Source: Eledone cirrhosa (lineage: Eukaryota). From it: a stretch of DNA of 64,000 nt. Made by a program: the position numbers and the translations under genes. The notes below the pieces were generated by a model. It saw only the letters and a list, made by a program, of their open reading frames with translations. It was not told the DNA's origin and ran no database searches. Shown piece after piece: positions 11,170-23,689 of the stretch. The stretch covers positions 231,260,001 to 231,324,000 of the forward strand of contig OZ024740.1 in the NCBI GenBank assembly GCA_964016885.1. Direction: 5' to 3'. Position 1 is the first letter of the stretch; each line of letters begins with the position of its first letter.

Positions 11170-12680
11170 TAACATCCCCTAATGATTTAAAGCTCAGGTC
11201 AATTACAGGAGGCCCTGCATGTGAAACACACAGATTGAGTAACTTTCTGGACATCCTTTTAAACCCCCTTCTAAAACATCTGCAGAGCTACATACGAGAA
11301 AAACCATCTCCTGAAAACTGATCACATAATTTTTGTTTCCTTTGATGATGTAAACCTATACATGAACATACCCCATGACTATAGAATAACTGCAATCAAA
11401 TATTGTCTAGACACACCAATCTGAATTGCCAACATACATTAAAAAAGACTTCTTCCTGGATGGACTCAAATTCATAACAATTACTTTTTGTTCAATGGAT
11501 TTGCGTACTGACAAATATCAGGAACCGCAATGGGCACCAAAGTAGCTCCTACATATGCTAGTTTAGTCATGGGATTTCATGAACAAAAGATTTACAGCCA
11601 ATCTCTATTGCTATTTGGAGACACATTTTACACACAATTAAAAAAACCACTGGAAAAGATACCTGGATGATTGCTTTATCTTTTATGGCAGGAACACGTT
11701 GATACACTCACAGAATTAAAAAAAATATGATAAATAATTTTAACAGCAACATCCAATTCAAATGGAGTTTAATAGCAATGAAGTAGCCTTTTAGATATCA
11801 AGATTTAAAAAACAGAAGAAAAATAGAAACAGAGATTTTCAATAAACTTACAGACTCCAAACAGTACTTTCTTTTTACATCAAGTCACCCGAAACACACA
11901 CAAAATTGATCCTTCCTTTTAACTTAGCTAAAACGATTTGCATGATAGTATCGAACCTGTCCAAAGAATGAATGAACTAAAAAATATACTCACCCCAAGA
12001 GCATTCCAACTGGGCATAATCACCAATGGAACAGAAAGGACTAAACTTATAGACATCCAAGAGTGTAAGACAACAAAAATCAAAACTAGGGAAAATGTTT
12101 TACCATATGTATCAATTTTCAACCCCCAAAATATCAAAATGTTTTACCACTTTTGCAAAAACCTTCCTATTTTATATGAAGATGAAAAAAATGAAAAAAG
12201 TAAAAGACAGCCCAAAACACTAAAATATATCCTTACTAGGGCAAAACCCCACAAATAAATCTCCAACTCCACTGTTACAATATGTGGAAGAACAAATTGT
12301 GGTACCTGCTTATACCTAATTGAAGGACCAGAATTCAAATTTAAGAATGGAAAAAACCTTCAGAATAAAAGAAAATCTTACCTACAACTCAGAAAACACA
12401 ATCTATGTGATTACATGATGTGGATGTTTGCAAAATTATAAAGGACAGACAGGAATCTTGTTTCGCAAAAGACTGACCATACACCGCTAACAAATCTGTG
12501 ATGAAAATACAAGACGAATCTCCTTAAGCAGCCACATTGTAATATGTGCAGGATAGGCATACCAAACTTCAAAATTTTCCCACTTTACAAATGCTCAGAA
12601 TCTTTTACTCAACAACAGAGAATAAATAAAGAAAAAAACAATTCATTAACAAATACAAACCATAATGAAATATGTAATTG
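11170..12680 (+). mobile_element. Degraded Penelope-like element (Neptune-type): RT + Cys linker + GIY-YIG
   Basis: KLRSITGGPACETHRLSNFLDILL; GTAMGTKVAPTYASLVMG (11521); RYLDDCF (~11658); CGRTNCGTC; TIYVIT..GC..Y.GQTG..FRKRLTIH. Multiple frameshifts. Confidence 0.9.
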
Positions 12681-12969
12681 TTCCTCATTAAACAATAAAT
12701 AGTGTTCTATAGATGGGAATAACCAATTCACAAACACCTATATGTAAACACCTGCAACTGTACACACACATCACAAGATAAAAGAAAAAAACCATAACTC
12801 CAAGGAAACCTCTATTAGAGACCTTTTTTCCTTCACTTTCTCCCTTCCTTTCTCTTTCTTTTTTTCCTTCATTCCTCTCTTTCTCCCCCCCCCCCCCTCT
12901 CTATATTTATTTTCATTTCCATTATCATTTCAGTTAATTTTATTTTATATATTATCATTATTATCATTA

Positions 12970-13330
12970 TTAGATAGGGCCTTCTGTAGGGATATAGATA
13001 GGGCAAGGATAGGATATCCACTTTTCAAGACGGTCCGCCACACAGACCACAAATTTGTGATCTGTGTAGTCCACATAGATAGGTTACATAGACAGGAACT
13101 TGGCTACTGGAAGCTGAATGCTTAGAAAAGGCATTGTGACTGATGTGCAAGCAGCAAGAGTGTCCCTTGATCAATTTATCAATGCTAAGCATGAAGGCTG
13201 CATTGTGAGAGCTAGGGGGTAGGCACTTAGACATGAGGGGACATGCACCATTCCCAAGAGATCCATCCATGACGACCTCCACCTCATGTGATACATCATG
13301 GAGAGGGTAGCTAAAGAACCTTGAACGGGT
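12970..13330 (+). mobile_element. Tx1/L1-group LINE fragment (APE C-terminus and linker)
   Basis: LDRAFCR...HTDHKFV...ELGYWKLNA and KHEGCIVRAR resemble the SDH...GYWKLN and GAxVRSR motifs. Confidence 0.6.
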
Positions 13331-13799
13331 GGGGCCCTGATTAATTTAGATCAATTGAAAGCTTTCTATAGGGTTGACCATTAATACATGGCAGCCATTT
13401 TCAGGCTGGCCAGCTTTGGGCCCATTTTCAATTATAAGTCCATATTCCATGCTAGCATGTGTTGGACAGGTTGTCATGTTTCAAAATCAAACTGGTTCCA
13501 GAGACTTCATCTCACTTATCATTACCCGTTTATTTTTTCCATGCTTACTTAGATTAAATGGGGCCCTTTTCAAAGTAGTGTCTTGCTACTTGTGTTTCTT
13601 TGCTATATCCTTTATTGGGTTCAGCACCCTGTTATCAGGTTTCATCAATTCTACCAATGTTTTCCTTGGCCTTCACCTTTTGCAGCTTCTTTCCCCGTGT
13701 ATCTCCTGGCATTTCTTTGCCCATCTACCTAATTTTTATACTCTTAAGCAAACTGAGTTCAGCCATATTGATTTTTCAGAAAAATGTATGGTTTATGTG

Positions 13800-14150
13800 T
13801 AACATGTCCCACAAGTCCAAAATGCTTTAGATGATTTTTTATGGTAGTGACACTAAAATTTACATGTGATATTTCTGCAAAATGTCATTCAAAATGTCAA
13901 ATATAGACATTTTCTTGATCTTCATCTACAAATAGTGAATATATTGGTTTATCATGGCTGGCTTGATCAAGGACAGTCAGAATAACCACCAGTTTCATTG
14001 AAGATGTCCACAGCAAAGTGAGCAGCAGTTACTGTATATCAATCTTCAGTAGTTGAAACTCAAAATATCCATTTCAGTTTATGTATTTAGATAGTTGCTT
14101 CAGAAGGCTGTTATGCATCTTGTGCACAAGACAAACAAGTTTTTGGGTGA
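13800..14150 (-). mobile_element. Tc1-like transposase N-terminal relic
   Basis: Minus-strand FNETGGYSDCP*SSQP resembles FxETGSxxDRPRSGRP; also VNFSVTTIKNHLKHFGLVG. Heavily degraded. Confidence 0.4.
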
Positions 14151-14689
14151 GTTACAGGTGTCACTCATTGCTCTATCTCCCCTAGTTGTTTACCGCTATT
14201 GGTCCAGGGTTGCTTATTCGTTCGGCAGCTGCCAACTTATATCGCAACTAACCAACATATCTGGTGGTCATATTGTTATCTGCCACCTGCAACCCGTTCT
14301 CTAGCAGAACAGTTCTTGTCAACAGATATATTGGCAGACAGGAACCATTCTTTGTGACAGTGAAAAGTCCAAAACCATTCTTAAGGGTGAAGTTGAGGGA
14401 GGGCAGAGAAGAAGCAAACAAAGAAAATCTTAGTCCGACAACAGTAAAGACTAGACAGTTCACAAAACTGCAGTCCTTCTGTGCATGTAAAAAATGTCTA
14501 GAAAAGTACCTCAACTGACTGCACCAGTTACGGGAACTTGATTGATTGGTTTTGACAATTTATACTTATGTCTTTGATGATAAGCTTTCCATTTACCCAT
14601 CACTCCAGTTCTTAGGATGATATAATCAGTTATTAATAATTACCTAGATTGACTATAATATCAACTATCAAAATTAAAATAATTTTCCT

Positions 14690-15004
14690 AAAACATTCTT
14701 AAATTGACGTTTATTTTTGTGGTTTTATTAAGGCTGTCAATTAAACTAATTAAAATCTTTGTAACCAAACTTTCATCAGCATCATTTAACTCATTACCAT
14801 TCACATTGTTCTATATTTACTATTATATTTTCATGGTAAAGGCTTTATCTCACATAATCACCTCACATAATATTGAATCTATGAGATTTTGATTTTATTT
14901 ATTTTGAGAACAATACTTTAACATCAGTATGAGCAGCCAGTTTGAACAGAAAGAGGTGAGAGAATTCTGGCCTGATATGGCCGGTTTAAATGCTAAAGAG
15001 TTAA
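14690..15004. mobile_element. Probable piggyBac-like MITE end
   Basis: Ends ggccggtttaaatgctaaAGAG-TTAA; the left end was not identified. Confidence 0.35.
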
Positions 15005-16157
15005 AAGTGTGAAACATTTTCTTCATTCATATGTAGCCTGAAAATGATTAAATATATTGAAATAATCAATGTTTGATCAACAGTGTGCTCTTGACTTCAA
15101 ATTAAGTTACACCACTGTATGTATTTATATGTATGCTTGTGTATGTGTTTATATGTATGTATATTTATGTGTATTTATATGTATGCCTGTTTATGTGTTT
15201 GTATGTATTTATATGTATGTTTGTGTATGTTATGTAAGAGGAAGGATGGATGGCCATAGCATTATCCATGGATGCCGGTATATTGGTGATTAGGAAGCTT
15301 ACTTTGTAACCAGGAGGTTTCAGATTCAATTCCACTGCATGACATACTGGGTATATGACTTTTCTCATAACCTCAGGTTGACACAAGCCAAATACCAGGG
15401 TTTGACAGACCGCTTCCTTTTCACGTCTCACCAGACCACTTCCTTTCACATGTCACCTGACTGCTTCTTTTTAACATAACACCAGACCACTTCCTTTTCA
15501 CATAACACAGGTTGCTGTTGAAATTTCAAGTGTCCTAGGTCCCTGAACTGCCATTTTCTTTCGCAAAACCAGAAAAATGGCTTCTTGCTTAAGGAAAGAG
15601 CCCCATGAGGTGGAGTGGCTCTGGCCATTCTCCATGGCAAAGCCTTTGCCATTTTGTCTGCAGGACGCAGCTGAAAGATACCGCTCAGATTGGGTTGTTG
15701 AGTCTGTCACTCCCACCCTCTCTTCCCTTCCTTTCATTGTATAATTTCTTCTTTCATTTTCTTCTTTTCTTTCCATTCTATTATTCCTTATTGCTTGATA
15801 TCAATATTTTTACCCTGCTCCCAAGCCTTGCGAGTGAAATTTGGTAGACAGAAACTGTTTGGAAGCCTATCTGATGCATCTTGCTTGTAATTCAAAGGGC
15901 CAACTTTGTCATACATTGTATCATGCTAATTCTGATAACTACAATAAAGGTACAAGAGTCTGTAGAATACTCAGCCACTTATCCTATCATTCAGTCAGTA
16001 AGCAATTCAGGTAATCAAACAACTGAGATAACCATCTTCAAAACCAACAGAAATGTTTTTACTATTTTGTTTGTTTGCATGCATGCATGCATGCATGTAT
16101 GTATGTATGTATGTATGTATGTATGTATGTATGTATGTATGTATGTATGTATGTATG

Positions 16158-16315
16158 TCAGCAGGAGGGCTCAAGCGACATGCAAAAGTACACAAACTCC
16201 AACCACAGCCGACTATTCCCAGTGAATGTTTTGGTTGCCGACTCTGTGCAAGACATTTTAGATCATTGGCTGGGCTAAAAAGCCACATTCGATCGCAGTG
16301 CTGTTAGTTGCTATC

Positions 16316-16347
<32 letters not shown>

Positions 16348-16630
16348 GCTTATGTGTGTGCATGTGTGTGTGTGTATATATATATGTATATGTATATTAT
16401 TATTATTGTTGTCGTTATTATTATTGTTATTATTATTATTATTATTATTGTTATTAATGTATGTGTGTGTGTATATGTGTGTGAGTGTGTGTGTGTGTAT
16501 ATGTGTATGTATATGTATATATATATATTTTTTTTTATTTTTTTATTTTTATTTATTTATTATTATTATTATTATTTTTTTTTCTTCTCGTGCAATGGCC
16601 ATACTCGATAACGAGGGGGCAGCCATCATC
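16158..16630 (+). mobile_element. 3' end of the zinc-finger RTE family with internal microsatellite and terminal stem-loop
   Basis: 16158-16310 matches 4125-4275 (SAGGLKRHAKVH...[20 protein letters not shown]). Followed by (TG)n/(TTA)n and ggccataCTCGataaCGAGggggcagccatc. Confidence 0.8.
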
Positions 16631-17029
16631 ATGTATGTATGTATGTATGTATGTATGTATGTATGTATGTATGCATGTATGTGTGCATGTATGTATGTGT
16701 GTTTATCTATGTATGTGTGCATATATGTAAATGTAAGCATATATATATGTTCTTGGTATTGAAGAAATCTCTCCTGACAGTATCATATTGATATACTGCT
16801 AAAGGGCAAATACTAGAGGTATAGTAAATATGTGTTGCCAATATTGAAACAGTAATATTTAATTATCTATCTCCTATTGTAGTAGTACTGTTAGTATAGT
16901 GATGGAGAAATAGAATATAGTAGTAGAGTTAGTATAGTGGTAGGGAAGTAGATTAGATATATTGGGAAAGATAGCTATGTACCTGAAGGTAGTGCTGACA
17001 GCTACTGAGCATGTCCACAGATAGGAGAC

Positions 17030-17545
17030 TGTAGAGTGACTCTTAAATATAGGGGCCATTTATGAAATATCTGAGGTTATTCAATGAATAGTGGATTGTG
17101 GAGTGACCCTTAAATATAAGGGCCACTTGTGAAATATCTGGGGTTATGCAATGTACAGGCAATCATTGAATAATGACAGTGGTTCCCCAAGAGTGCATTG
17201 GATTAGTGGGGTAAGAGATGATGGTGGGGGTAGGGCTGTTTTCTTAAAAAATGCTACAGTGTTCTATAACGAGGTCCTGACAAGGTGACTACAGACCACC
17301 TTCTAGATAAGCCTGTCCTAGTTGGAAGAAGCCACTCTAAGCTGATGGACAGTAGTGTCAACTGTGAGCAAGGAATTGGGGTCTCCTACTCATGCATAAC
17401 TTATGGGCAGTAACATCAACTGTGAGCAAAGAATTGGGGCCCTTTCTCCTGTATAACTGATGGACAGCAATATCAGCTGTGGGTTTACAAAGAATTTGCA
17501 CATAAGCAAAGGATTGGGGCCCCTACTCCTGTATAATTGATGGGT
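17030..17545. repeat. Two diverged tandem repeat sets (~67 bp x2; ~58 bp x3-4)
   Basis: gtXgagtgaXXcttaaatataXgggcca repeated; tgatggacag...ctgtgagcaa.gaattgggg...tataac repeated. Confidence 0.7.
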
Positions 17546-17574
17546 TTTGTTTACATCAGCTTGCATGATTTGAG

Positions 17575-17880
17575 TCAATACTGGCTATGTAGAGTTTTAT
17601 TTTGCCATTTTATCTTCATCTGCTGAAGTTTGCTTCCTCTGCTGCCATTGTTAGTGGTAGAAGAGTTTCGCTGTCACAACTGTGTTTAGATATATTTCTC
17701 ATTTATATTTGGTGCTTTCGTTTATCACGGAGTAAAGTTTCTTTGCTGGTTTTGTGTTGTTTGACTGTCTACATCATATAATCATTGGTTGCTTCAAGAT
17801 ATTGCTGCAGGACGATTGTTGTTACCTTGTAGGATACTACAATTGGATTAGACCTCTGCCTCCCTCAGATCTGTGCTGGT
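17575..17880 (-). mobile_element. R4/Dong-like (RLE-type) LINE fragment
   Basis: Minus strand RSEGGRGLIQL and KKLYSVINESTKYK. Abuts a (TAT)n tract, consistent with Dong TAA-repeat targeting. Confidence 0.55.
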
Positions 17881-17894
17881 ATTATTATTATTAT

Positions 17895-17998
17895 AATCCC
17901 GCCGAGGTTGACTTTGCCTTTCATCCTTATGGGGTCGATAAAATAAAGTACCAGTAATGCACTGGGTAATTGCTGGCCTTGTGCCTAAAGTAGAAACA

Positions 17999-18037
<39 letters not shown>

Positions 18038-18250
18038 TATCAGTAGAGGGTCGGAAACCATGCTTTGCAGCATAGAGTTACGGCCCTTTATGATCTGAGT
18101 TCAAATCCCGCCGAGTTTAACTTTGCCTTTCATCATTACGGGGGCAATAAAATAAAGTACCAGTCACACACTGGGGTCGATTTAATCGCCTTTCCCCTCC
18201 CCAAAATTGCTGGCCTTGTGCCTATATAAGAAACCATTATTATTATTATT
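17895..18250 (+). mobile_element. Two tandem SINE B copies (17895-17999 truncated; 18035-18250)
   Basis: Both contain ctttgcctttcatc.ttaXgggg...aaaataaagtaccagt...gctggccttgtgccta..tagaaac followed by (ATT)n. Confidence 0.9.
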
Positions 18251-18544
18251 GTTTGCGTTTTTCATTTTCCTTCAGTTTTGTTTCCATTTATTGAGTAACT
18301 CACTGCATACATTGGTAAGTCACAGAATAAGAGTCCACTTGCAAATCTTTTTAGGACTATGTCACTGTTTTTGTTATTAGACTGAGTAATGTTCATATCA
18401 CACACTTTACACAGTTACAAGTATATCATTTGATTTATACATGTGCACATTATCTGTTTCAAATTGTATTTACAACAAAAGGATATTCAATCATATAAGA
18501 AGGCTCAATTATTTACAACTCATATAAGAGTGCTTACAACTTAA

Positions 18545-18654
18545 CTTATAAACTAGGGTGAAGGCCCTTAAAAGACAGGAAAAGAACTTGCCACTGGTCG
18601 GCCGTTGGCAACTTATTCTTCCGTCTTTTTAGGGTCTTTACCCTAGTTTATAAG
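18545..18654. repeat. Imperfect hairpin / small fold-back (MITE-like)
   Basis: cttataaactagggtgaaggccct...ttgcca pairs with tggcaa...agggtctttaccctagtttataag. Confidence 0.8.
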
Positions 18655-18830
18655 CTACTTTAGAGCACATATATATGCACATGAGCACATCACCCTTTAT
18701 ATTTACATATATAATATATATAAATATATATATAAGTATATATGGAAAGTTATATTTAAAATTGTTGGGTTACAACTAGTAAATATTTATAACTGATATA
18801 AAAGCACTCGACAAATATTTGGAGTATATT

Positions 18831-19195
18831 TACAATATTAAATAAATGGAAACTATATTTATAAAACCATATTTATTTCATTATATATATTTCGGGGATA
18901 TCATATTAACAATATGCTATGCCTTCCTCAGACAAAATACAATATAAACAGTTTTATATATAAATAGATTCGACATACCGTTATAACACCGACTTCCATT
19001 TACACTGCCAGCGTAAACCTCTTCAAATGGAAGTCGGTGTTATAACGGTATGTCGAATCTATTTATATATAAAACTGTTTATATTGTATTTTGTCTGAGG
19101 AAGGCATAGCATATTGTTAATATGATATCCCCGAAATATATATAATGAAATAAATATGGTTTTATAAATATAGTTTCCATTTATTTAATATTGTA
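18831..19195. repeat. Perfect 171-bp inverted repeat with 23-nt spacer; each arm holds a hammerhead-like motif
   Basis: 18831-19001 is the reverse complement of 19025-19195; spacer acactgccagcgtaaacctcttc. Confidence 0.95.
19087..19152 (+). ncRNA. Type-I hammerhead-like motif (mirror copy on - strand in the left arm)
   Basis: tattttgt-CTGAGGA-aggcatagcatatt(gtt)aatatgatatcccc-GAAA-tatata-TA-atgaaata. Eight-bp stem I with two G.U pairs; palindromic stem III; stem II has mismatches. Confidence 0.6.
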
Positions 19196-20616
19196 TATAA
19201 GTATATATATATATATATATTTAAAAAAATAGAGGTGTAACACACGAGTTGTGATATATTAGTAAAAGGAAAAGAAAATGCTGACAAATTTTTCCCAGTG
19301 AAAAATAGTTTAATTAGGAATAAGTATAAATTAGTAATAAGTATTGGTTAGTATTCAGTTTTAGTTTTAAGTTTTTACCGGTTGTGCATTTCTAATGCTT
19401 TTCAAAAATAATTTTGAGATAGAGCACTTGTGATGTTTGCTCTAATCTGATGAGTTTTGGAAATTCTTCCTGTTTTATGTGAAAAAAGTGGCTCCAGAGG
19501 TATTAAGATTTGGTTGGTTGTTGAATGTCACGTGAATGAGTACTATAAATTTCGCACCAATTTGTGTTGCAGAAATTCTTGTAGTCAAAACAATTTTGAT
19601 TGGTCGGTAGAGGTCACGTGAATGTTAAAAATTGATTTTGCACCAAATGTAGGTTTGTGGAAGAGTGTCCTTTTTCACCTGATTGAGAAGTCACTGAAAA
19701 ATAAGTCTTTTAAGACAAATATGTGTGTGTGTGTGTAGTAAAGAGGTTCATTGTTGTGATAATGGTCAGTAGGGATGTGTGTGTGAATTGCAGTCATGTT
19801 GAGAGGTCAACAGTTCAGGTGTCTATTAAGACAAATATGTGTGTGTGTGTGTGTGTGTGTGTGTAACAGAGTGGTTCCTGGTAGAGGGAATAAATTCGGT
19901 CAGTAGGAATGTGTGTGTACATGTGTGGGGGATATTTTAACATGTTGAAAGATATTTTTCAGCTCTTGTCTTATATGGAGAAATGTGTGTGTGTGTATGT
20001 CTGTTTGTATGTTAGTGTACGCGTGTGTATGTATGTGTGTGTATATGTGTGTGTGTGTGGATGGACCAGTATTTTTGTGATACTGGTAAAAATGGTGTAC
20101 ATTATTCGATATTTTCAGTAATTTGCAAAAACGATTCTCTCAAAAGAACATCAAAAACATTAATAATAAAAGGTGTGAAATGATGTATAGTATTGTCATA
20201 ACGCCAAGGTGTGTGTGAGTGTCCAGATTGTATGTACTGCAAGGGGAATCCATTAGGCCCTGCTGTATGGGAATACTTGTGTACAAATATGTATGTGCCC
20301 ATCAGTGTGCAATGCATGTGTGCGTATATGTATGTGTGCGTGTCGGCACGTTTATATCTATAGACATCAAAATGTATGCAAATTTGTGTATATTTGTGTT
20401 GCACCATAGAACGTGTGTTTACGTATGTCATTGTGTTTATATGTGGATAGAGATGTATGTAGGATTATGCTGCTGTAGGTATGTATGTTGACGTGTGTAT
20501 GTTGTGGGTTCATCTTAGGGAGAAGTGTTTAGACGGGGTCCGTATTTGTTAATAAAGTGAGAATCTCACTTTATTAACAAATAAAGCAAGTGATAGAGAG
20601 GAAGTGAGAAAGATAT

Positions 20617-20898
20617 ATCGACCCCAGTTTGGTACATTTTTATCGACCTTGAATGGATGAAAAGCAAAGTTGACCTCGGCGGGATTTGAACTCAGAGAGC
20701 AGAGAGTCAGAACAAATACCACAAAGCATTCTATCCGATTTTCTTATGACTCTGCCAATTCACCACCTTATTATTATTATTAACCACTATTATTGCCTTT
20801 GGTTGACTTTTCATTTCATCCTTACGGGGTCGATAAAATAAAGTACCAGTAATGAACTGGGTAATTGCTGGCCTTGTGCCTAAAGTAGAAACAATTAT
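20617..20898. mobile_element. Two SINE B-related copies in opposite orientation (20617-20770 -, 20801-20898 +)
   Basis: Shared ggatgaaaXgcaaagttgacctcggcgggatttgaactc and catccttacggggtcgataaaataaagtaccag blocks. Confidence 0.85.
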
Positions 20899-21508
20899 TG
20901 CCTTTTATAAATAATGTGGCAAATATCATATTAATTAGACTTTTTGGTTCGACATAACTCAGTCTAATAACAAAAACAGTGACATAGTACTTAGAAGATT
21001 TGCAAGTGGACTCTTATGATACATACATATATACAAACATGCATACACACATGCGTACATACACATACATACATACACACACATACATATATACATATAT
21101 ACATGCATACACACAGATACATGCATATACACACATACATAGATACATGCATATACACACATACAAACATAGTTACATACATATGCACATACATACACAC
21201 ACACACACATACTCACACACACTCTCACATACATACATATATACAATACAATTGATTTACAGAGAAAACAACTACAGCAATAATAATAATAGTAATAATA
21301 ACAACAAAAATAAGCTATTGAAAAGTGTGGACACCAATAATGCTTGCACTAAGTTTTTATGTATCGATTCAAATAATTATACTATCTCTATTGGTAGACA
21401 AATCTTTCTGAACATTTGCAATATTAGAGTAACGACTTTAATTTTTAATGTGAGGCAGTCAAGGAATCTCTTTCTAAGAAATTAGCACTGCATATGCAAA
21501 GTTGTTAA

Positions 21509-21765
21509 TTAACTCTTACATGATTTAACAGAAAATATCTAAAAAAAACAGACTTGTTAATTCAAATGATTATAGTATCATTATTGGTGGACACATCTTT
21601 GTAAAAATTTGCAGTATTAGGGTAAAGTCTTCAATTTTTAATGTGATATAATCAAGCAATTATTTTTCAAAATATTTAATATAATGCAGTCATAGTGCTC
21701 TTTTGTATTTGTCAAGAATGTTTTGCTAATGTGGGGTTTCATGCAATATATGACATTAAGAGTTA
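21509..21765. mobile_element. piggyBac-like MITE, degraded copy of the 58304-58641 family
   Basis: TTAA-CTCTTA...TAAGAG-TTAc ends; internal similarity to 58304-58490. Confidence 0.65.
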
Positions 21766-21814
21766 CAGCAGGTGTTAGCCTTGCAGACAATACGGCAAGC
21801 TTCTCCAATTTGCT

Positions 21815-21920
21815 TTATTGTTCACATCCCTCCAACACCATCCTCTTATCTTTTATTTCCTCTTCCATTATCTTCAGACATGTCTTTCTTTGTCTTCCCT
21901 TGGTTCTGCTGACTTCCATG
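21815..21920 (-). mobile_element. RTE 3' ORF fragment
   Basis: MEVSRTKGRQRKTCLKIMEEEIK resembles the RxRGRPRKTW C-terminus. Confidence 0.5.
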
Positions 21921-23689
21921 TGAATTTCCGTCTCTCTTTTTTTCCCATCACTTTCATCCTTCCTCAACACGTGACTCATGCTTCCAGTTCTCTGCATTTT
22001 GAGTTCAAATCCTGTTACAGTCACCTTTGATTTTCACCCTTTAATGGTTGATACGATAAAGTACCAACCTATAACTGTGGACTGGCAGAATTATTAGTAT
22101 ATCAAGCAAGATAACTTGCAGTATTTGCTCTGGCTCTTTGTTCTGAGTTCAAATACCACAGTGTTTCTTATTTGGGTGGTAGACTTCATCTGTTGCTCTA
22201 TTTAACACCAATACCTGATTCTTGGGTGTCTTTAAGATAGTTTACTCTGTTGCAAATGTTTAGGCTAGCTATCTGGTTTTAGGGTACTTTTCTCCCTGGA
22301 ACGAATTAATTTTGATGAAAAAAAAAAAGATAAATAAATAGCAGCCTATCAGCTGTATTGCAGATTAACATTATAACTGGTAGAAATCATGCCCTCCAAC
22401 CCTCATTTCACATTTTGTCTGCTTTGCTCTACCCCAAGACATAATGGCTGTTTTGTATCCTTCAGTTTGAGATTCCTGCTTTAGTGTTTTATACAGATCT
22501 CTATGCTCTGTCTTCAAATCCTGCTGATATCAATATTGTCTTTCATCATTTTGGTGTTCATCAATAAAATACCAATCCCAGAGTAGTTGATTGGCAAAAT
22601 TCCTAGAAAATTGAACAGTATGCTTTGTGGTGTCTGATCTAGTATGGTGTTCATATCCCACCTAATTCTACCAGGAGTTGCAACTGATAGATAGTAATAG
22701 CAATGGAAAGACCAATGGAAACATAGTTTCTTTGGTCCAATCTGACAATTAGCTCCTTTCCTTTTCCTAACTATATTAATTCAGGCATTAGATGTCTGCG
22801 AAATGATGTTTGTTGTTTAACCCCAGGTGAATTTTACCGAGACTGTTGCTGAATTAAGTGAATGGTTTTTCTTTTAGATGTAGTAAAAGATGTTTGTAGC
22901 TTAGACTAAATATACCCACAACTTCCTACTTTTACTAAAACACTTTCACATTATTGATAAACTTTCTTTATTTATATATTCTGATAAAATTATGTAAATT
23001 ATAATTATCACTAATTCTATCACTAATTATTTTAATTTCTTTTGCCAATTAATGACCTTAAAGCATAATTCAATAAAGATGTAAAGTATTTCAATTACTT
23101 GTATATATATATGATGTTGTAGAGTTTGATGTTTCTATGTCAAGAAGGCAGTATCTTAATAACAGTGAGTAATAATAATAGACAAAAAATCCAGCTGTAG
23201 AAAACTTGCCAGACAAAGGGTGGAGAGGACCCATCAGTTGTGTCAAGGACTAGACATCCTCCCTAGTGTAGGTGATCTAGACGATAAATGCACCCAGTAC
23301 ACACTGTAAAACCGTAGAAGTCTTGCCAAACAAAGAGTTGGGAGGACCCTCAGTTGTGTCAAAGACATGACAACCTCTCTTGAGCACTCAATGGAACATG
23401 AGACCATACATAATAAGTACACAAGATCCTGGCCTGCCTGGGAGATCAGTGGCTTCACTTTGACCTGCTCTATATGGAGCCTGTCCAACTCTTGATAGTG
23501 GGGAAAGTGGATGTTAAAATGATGATGATGATGATAAAAAAAGCAATTGGCACTGAAGGTAATCATTATCTCTAAAGAAGAACAAGAATCAATCAGCTAG
23601 ATAACCCAACTTCCATCATTACCAATATCTGTGAATGAGCCAATAAGGATTGGCTTTCTAAAAGTAGCCACTGTATTCCCAGTTCATCA

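Noticed and set aside
19447-19470. CTGATGA-gttttg-GAAA
   Set aside because: No stem II or stem I pairing.
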